Shown: positions 56,921 to 60,503 of the stretch, in pieces
How positions within the stretch are numbered: the first letter of the stretch is position 1
Layout: each line of letters starts with the position of its first letter
Virus record (IMG/VR): IMGVR_UViG_3300012143_000004
Span: 1 to 60,503 of that record
Reading direction: 5' to 3' (one strand)
Length of the DNA stretch: 60,503 nucleotides
From: a virus
Taxonomy: Duplodnaviria; Caudoviricetes
Made by a program: the position numbers and the translations under genes
Notes under the pieces: model-generated
The model's input: only the letters and a program-made list of their open reading frames with translations
The model's database searches: none
What the model was told of the DNA's origin: nothing

Positions 56921-57075
56921 CAGGTAACGACCCTGCAAAATTAGAGGCCATACGAGGCCTAACAATTTGGAGGTATTTATTTTTTTTAAACGAAAAAATG
57001 AGAACCCCCGCCCCCCGCCAGTTAAAACCCGTTACGGGAAATGATACAAAACATTTTAGTGCAGATGGGCATTGA
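56746..57075 (+). CDS. gpT-like -1 frameshift extension of the tail chaperone
   Basis: The -1 frame is open from 56704 to 57075 with no ATG until near its 3' end: FFATALNRVTTSFKQFEREFRELY...LAGNDPAKLEAIRGLTIWRYLFFLNEK. Confidence 0.7.
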   Translation, partial: FFFATALNRVTTSFKQFEREFRELYSGTGKAKQNTFGKFITNVAGHTDTEIERQIYFLAGNDPAKLEAIRGLTIWRYLFFLNEKMRTPAPRQLKPVTGNDTKHFSADGH

Positions 57076-59779
57076 TGGCGCCCAGGAAGTTGCAAAAGGT
57101 ATTGACCAGGTAACAGCAGCCGACAAAGCCAGCGAAGAGCAGGCCAAAAAAACTAATGAGGAAATGAAAGCCAGGGAAAAATTACTGGCTGATGCCAGTA
57201 CCGGCCTGGGGCAATACATTGAGAAATTAAACCAAACCAAAAAAGCTGCAGCCGGGGCATTTGGCGGCAAAGCATTAAAGGATTTTGAAACCCAGGCCCT
57301 AAAATCATTTAAAAGCCTGATAGCAGGGGCAAAGGATGGGAGCAAAAGCATTCAGGGTTTTAACGCCCAGGTGAAGTTATTAACCACCGGGGCCCTGGCT
57401 GATGCTGGAATTAGTATGAATGAATTTGCCACCGCCCTGCAGGAAGCCGGCACCAGTTACGATGAGTTTACAAATAGCCTGGCAGCCGGGGTTATGGATG
57501 AACTACCGGAAAAATTTGAACAGGTAGAGAATAAAACAGTAAGCCTGAAAACCCAGCTAAAACTTTTAAAGGATGAACTGGCAGCAATGGAGCAGCAGGG
57601 TTTAGATGGTACGGAAAAATTTGACCAAATGGCCATTGCTGCAGGCAAATTGGAGGACCAAATAGGCGACACAGCCGAAAGGGTAAGGGTTTTAAGTAGC
57701 GATACAGCTAACCTGGATGCAGCGGTGGAAGGGGTGCAACTATTGGCAACAGGTTTTCAGATTGCCAGCGGGGCAGCTGCATTATTAGGAGTGGAGGAAG
57801 AGGAACTACAGGAAGTTTTAGTTAAACTAAATGCAGTGATGGCCATTACCCAGGGATTACAACAGGTGGGTAATTTTTTAACCGGGCAATCAGCATTTAA
57901 ACTAAAGGCTGCAGCCATAGCCCATGAAATTTACACAGTAGCAGTGGGCACCAGTACGGGGGCATTAAGGGCCCTAAGAGTGGCACTATTAGCCACTGGT
58001 ATTGGGGCATTTATAGCCATTGTTTACCTGGCCATTGAAGCATTTAATATGTGGGGGAAATCTATAAACGAAACTGCAGAAAGTGCAGAACAGTTTACAG
58101 CTAAACTGGATAATCAGAAAAAAGCCCTACAGGATTATAATGATGAATTAGACCGGGGGGCAAAATTGGAGGCCGCTATTTTAAGTGCCCGGAAAGCCAG
58201 CAACAAAGAAATTTTAGAGGCCCAGCAGCGGGTAGTAAAATTGAAAGGTGAAAAAGCCAGGGAACTGAGTGCAAAGCTAAAAGATGATTTTGCTGAGATT
58301 CAGTCAATTGATGGGGTTAAAACGTCATACAAAGATTTAGCCGCCACCATTGAAACCGGGGCAGACCTAAGCGACACATTTAAACCTGAAACAATAGAAA
58401 AGGCAAAGGCCCTGGCAGCTGCAGTGGATGAAACAGATACAGCGGTTAAAAACCTGCAAACAGATTACGAGGTTTTGACCTTTCAAATAGTAGAAACGGA
58501 AAGGGATGCAGCCGACAAAATTTTAAATGATACAGCTGAGAATAATAAAAAAAGGTTAGATGAATTGAATAAATTAATGGCCAGGGAAAGGGCTGCAGTG
58601 GAGGGCCTGGAAACATTTAAAAGTCAACAAAGAATTAAAGAGAATTTAGAGGTAGCCGATAACGCCACCCTAAATGAAGAGGTAAGAACCAATGCAGCAA
58701 AAGACGCCACCAGCGAACAATTAGCCCTGGCAAAGTATGAAGCCGAAACCATTTTATTAAATGATGAATTAACAGCCACAGAAAGGGTTTTAATTGAAAC
58801 ACAATTACACCAAAAAATTATAGACATTAATGCAGAGGCCGCCAAACGTTTGTACAAAATATGGCGGGATAATAACCAGCAAATAGTTGATTTAAAAAAG
58901 GCCCCTGATGTACCCGATGCCACCGAAGAGCAGGCCAATGAACTTTTAAAAATAACGGTGGATAAATTAGCCCCGGAAGTAAAAGCAGTAGAGGAAACCG
59001 AAAAGAAAAAGGAGGAAATAAGAAAGCAGGCCACAGCTGCAGCATTTCAGGCAGCCCAGCAAACCACAGATATGTTTTTTGAGATGGCCAATGCCAGCCG
59101 ACAGGCTGATTTAGATAAGCAGCTGGAAGCTATAAACATTGCCAAAGATTCAGAACTGGAAAATAAAAATCTAACAGAACAGCAAAAGGATGATATCAAT
59201 AAAAAATATGCTGCAAAGGAACGGCAGGCCAAATTAAAGGGGTTTGAAGAGGAAAAGAAAATGAAAAGGAGCCAGGCCCTAATTAATGGCCTATTGGGAG
59301 TAACCCAGGCATTTGCAACAGCCCCCTGGCCAGCGTCAATAATATTTGCAGCTGCAGTGGCAGCCACCACCGCCCTGGCAGTGGCCAAAATAAGTGCCCA
59401 GCAGCCTGGATTTAAAAAGGGTGGGTACACAGGAAATAAAAGGCAGGATGAAATTGCGGGGTTTGTACATGGCCAGGAATATGTTGCTACAGCTGAGGCC
59501 ACCAGGAAATATAAACCAGCCCTGGAAGCCATGAACGCATTAAAATTTGATGAATACCTGGCAAAGATTGCATACACCCCGCGAAGTATGACACCAGTGC
59601 CAGGATGGGCCAGCGGCCATGCAGGTGGAGCCATTGATTATGACAGGCTGGGGCAAAGTGTGGCCCAGCATTCCAAAAGCCCCAGCATGATAATGAATTT
59701 TGACGAAGATGGAGCCAGCGCCTATTTAATGGAAAAAAACAGGCAGGTTAAAATAAAAAATACCCGATACAAATTGTAA
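57041..59779 (+). CDS. Tail tape measure protein
   Basis: 912 aa, Ala-rich helical with hydrophobic patches; C-terminal GFKKGGYTG..AGFVHGQEYV motif. Confidence 0.9.
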   Translation: MIQNILVQMGIDGAQEVAKGIDQVTAADKASEEQAKKTNEEMKAREKLLADASTGLGQYIEKLNQTKKAAAGAFGGKALKDFETQALKSFKSLIAGAKDGSKSIQGFNAQVKLLTTGALADAGISMNEFATALQEAGTSYDEFTNSLAAGVMDELPEKFEQVENKTVSLKTQLKLLKDELAAMEQQGLDGTEKFDQMAIAAGKLEDQIGDTAERVRVLSSDTANLDAAVEGVQLLATGFQIASGAAALLGVEEEELQEVLVKLNAVMAITQGLQQVGNFLTGQSAFKLKAAAIAHEIYTVAVGTSTGALRALRVALLATGIGAFIAIVYLAIEAFNMWGKSINETAESAEQFTAKLDNQKKALQDYNDELDRGAKLEAAILSARKASNKEILEAQQRVVKLKGEKARELSAKLKDDFAEIQSIDGVKTSYKDLAATIETGADLSDTFKPETIEKAKALAAAVDETDTAVKNLQTDYEVLTFQIVETERDAADKILNDTAENNKKRLDELNKLMARERAAVEGLETFKSQQRIKENLEVADNATLNEEVRTNAAKDATSEQLALAKYEAETILLNDELTATERVLIETQLHQKIIDINAEAAKRLYKIWRDNNQQIVDLKKAPDVPDATEEQANELLKITVDKLAPEVKAVEETEKKKEEIRKQATAAAFQAAQQTTDMFFEMANASRQADLDKQLEAINIAKDSELENKNLTEQQKDDINKKYAAKERQAKLKGFEEEKKMKRSQALINGLLGVTQAFATAPWPASIIFAAAVAATTALAVAKISAQQPGFKKGGYTGNKRQDEIAGFVHGQEYVATAEATRKYKPALEAMNALKFDEYLAKIAYTPRSMTPVPGWASGHAGGAIDYDRLGQSVAQHSKSPSMIMNFDEDGASAYLMEKNRQVKIKNTRYKL

Positions 59780-59806
59780 TTTATTGCCCCCAAAAAAATA
59801 CCAGGT

Positions 59807-60503
59807 ATGGAATGGGAATTTAAATTGATTGACCGGGATAATGTAGAAACCGACATTGACGAGCCGATAGGTTTTGATGCCTGCACCATAGTGATTAACC
59901 GGGATAATGATAAACATGGAATAATTTTTGACTACCAGGGAAACGATTTTAGTTTTTATGGCAAAGCCCTGGAAATGATACAAACGGAATATGAAACCTA
60001 TGGGGTGGAGGGGGTAATGTCAATGGTTATTTTACAGGCATGTGATGGCGGCCCGGCTGAATTGTACCGGGGCCAGCTGGTATTTACCCAATACAAATTT
60101 TTTTGCGGGGATGAGTGTTATGCAAAAATTCCCCTGGAAATGACCGGGGATATAATGACCTTTTCTAATAGGTTTGACCAAAAGGTGAATTTACAAACCC
60201 TGCAGGCCTTTGATGAAATAACCCCCCTGGTACCCTACGATTTTTTGCCCCTAACAATAAGTTTACCCAGCAAAGGCATTTTATTAAAAGATAAAAGCCT
60301 GAATGAAACACTAATAAAGGAGGAAATTTTAGGGGCAACGGTATTCAGTACCACCCCCGATGAGTACGGGGAAATTGGCATGATAGAAATGGCAAATAGT
60401 AAAATAATTGCCAGTGAGGTGGGAGGGTTTGGGATGAAAACCAGCCCGGAATACCGAATGATAAAAGATGGCCCTGGATTTAATAACCCACCATTTGGGG
60501 CCA
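59807..60503 (+). CDS. Tail protein, 3'-truncated (absent from ORF track)
   Basis: MEWEFKLIDRDNVETDIDEPIGFD... is open for 232 codons to the window end. Confidence 0.75.
   Translation, partial: MEWEFKLIDRDNVETDIDEPIGFDACTIVINRDNDKHGIIFDYQGNDFSFYGKALEMIQTEYETYGVEGVMSMVILQACDGGPAELYRGQLVFTQYKFFCGDECYAKIPLEMTGDIMTFSNRFDQKVNLQTLQAFDEITPLVPYDFLPLTISLPSKGILLKDKSLNETLIKEEILGATVFSTTPDEYGEIGMIEMANSKIIASEVGGFGMKTSPEYRMIKDGPGFNNPPFGA

Larger units (their letters stand above)
1..60503. mobile_element. Near-complete tailed phage genome (siphovirus-like), Bacteroidota host, circularly permuted
   Basis: TerL, portal, MCP, tail tube, tape measure and replication genes are present. There are no host housekeeping genes apart from a DnaB. 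Both ends fall in open tail-type ORFs. Confidence 0.93.

Noticed and set aside
1-60503. Alternative genetic code (stop-codon reassignment)
   Set aside because: Hallmark genes are full length in the standard code, all three stop codons end genes, and I saw no suppressor tRNA.

Overview
This window is a near-complete, circularly permuted genome of a long-tailed dsDNA phage, almost entirely coded on the + strand. The host is inferred to be Bacteroidota, probably Chitinophagaceae-like: promoters have the TTTG..TAnnTTTG form, leaders are A-rich and lack SD motifs, and the DnaB resembles host copies. Recognisable modules are portal/MuF, scaffold/capsid/neck/tail tube, fibres with a polysaccharide lyase, SbcC-like/RecT/MBL recombination, an initiator with iterons plus DnaB, ParB/TerS/TerL, and a tail chaperone with tape measure. 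Three islands of small unknown ORFs (about 9.6-13.2, 43.7-45.6 and 48.3-55.5 kb) split the structural genes. They are driven by 14 copies of one promoter carrying a GTG(T/G)A-N10-TACAC inverted repeat. The most unusual signals are: (1) this repeated promoter/operator cassette system; (2) extreme TC dinucleotide depletion with strong CCWGG/GGCC enrichment; (3) a MuF head protein with a C-terminal HExxH domain facing a convergent small gene; (4) a hidden -1 frameshift ORF; (5) a candidate antisense sRNA; and (6) no recognisable endolysin, integrase or DNA polymerase. All functional calls come from motif recognition by eye. No database searches were run.
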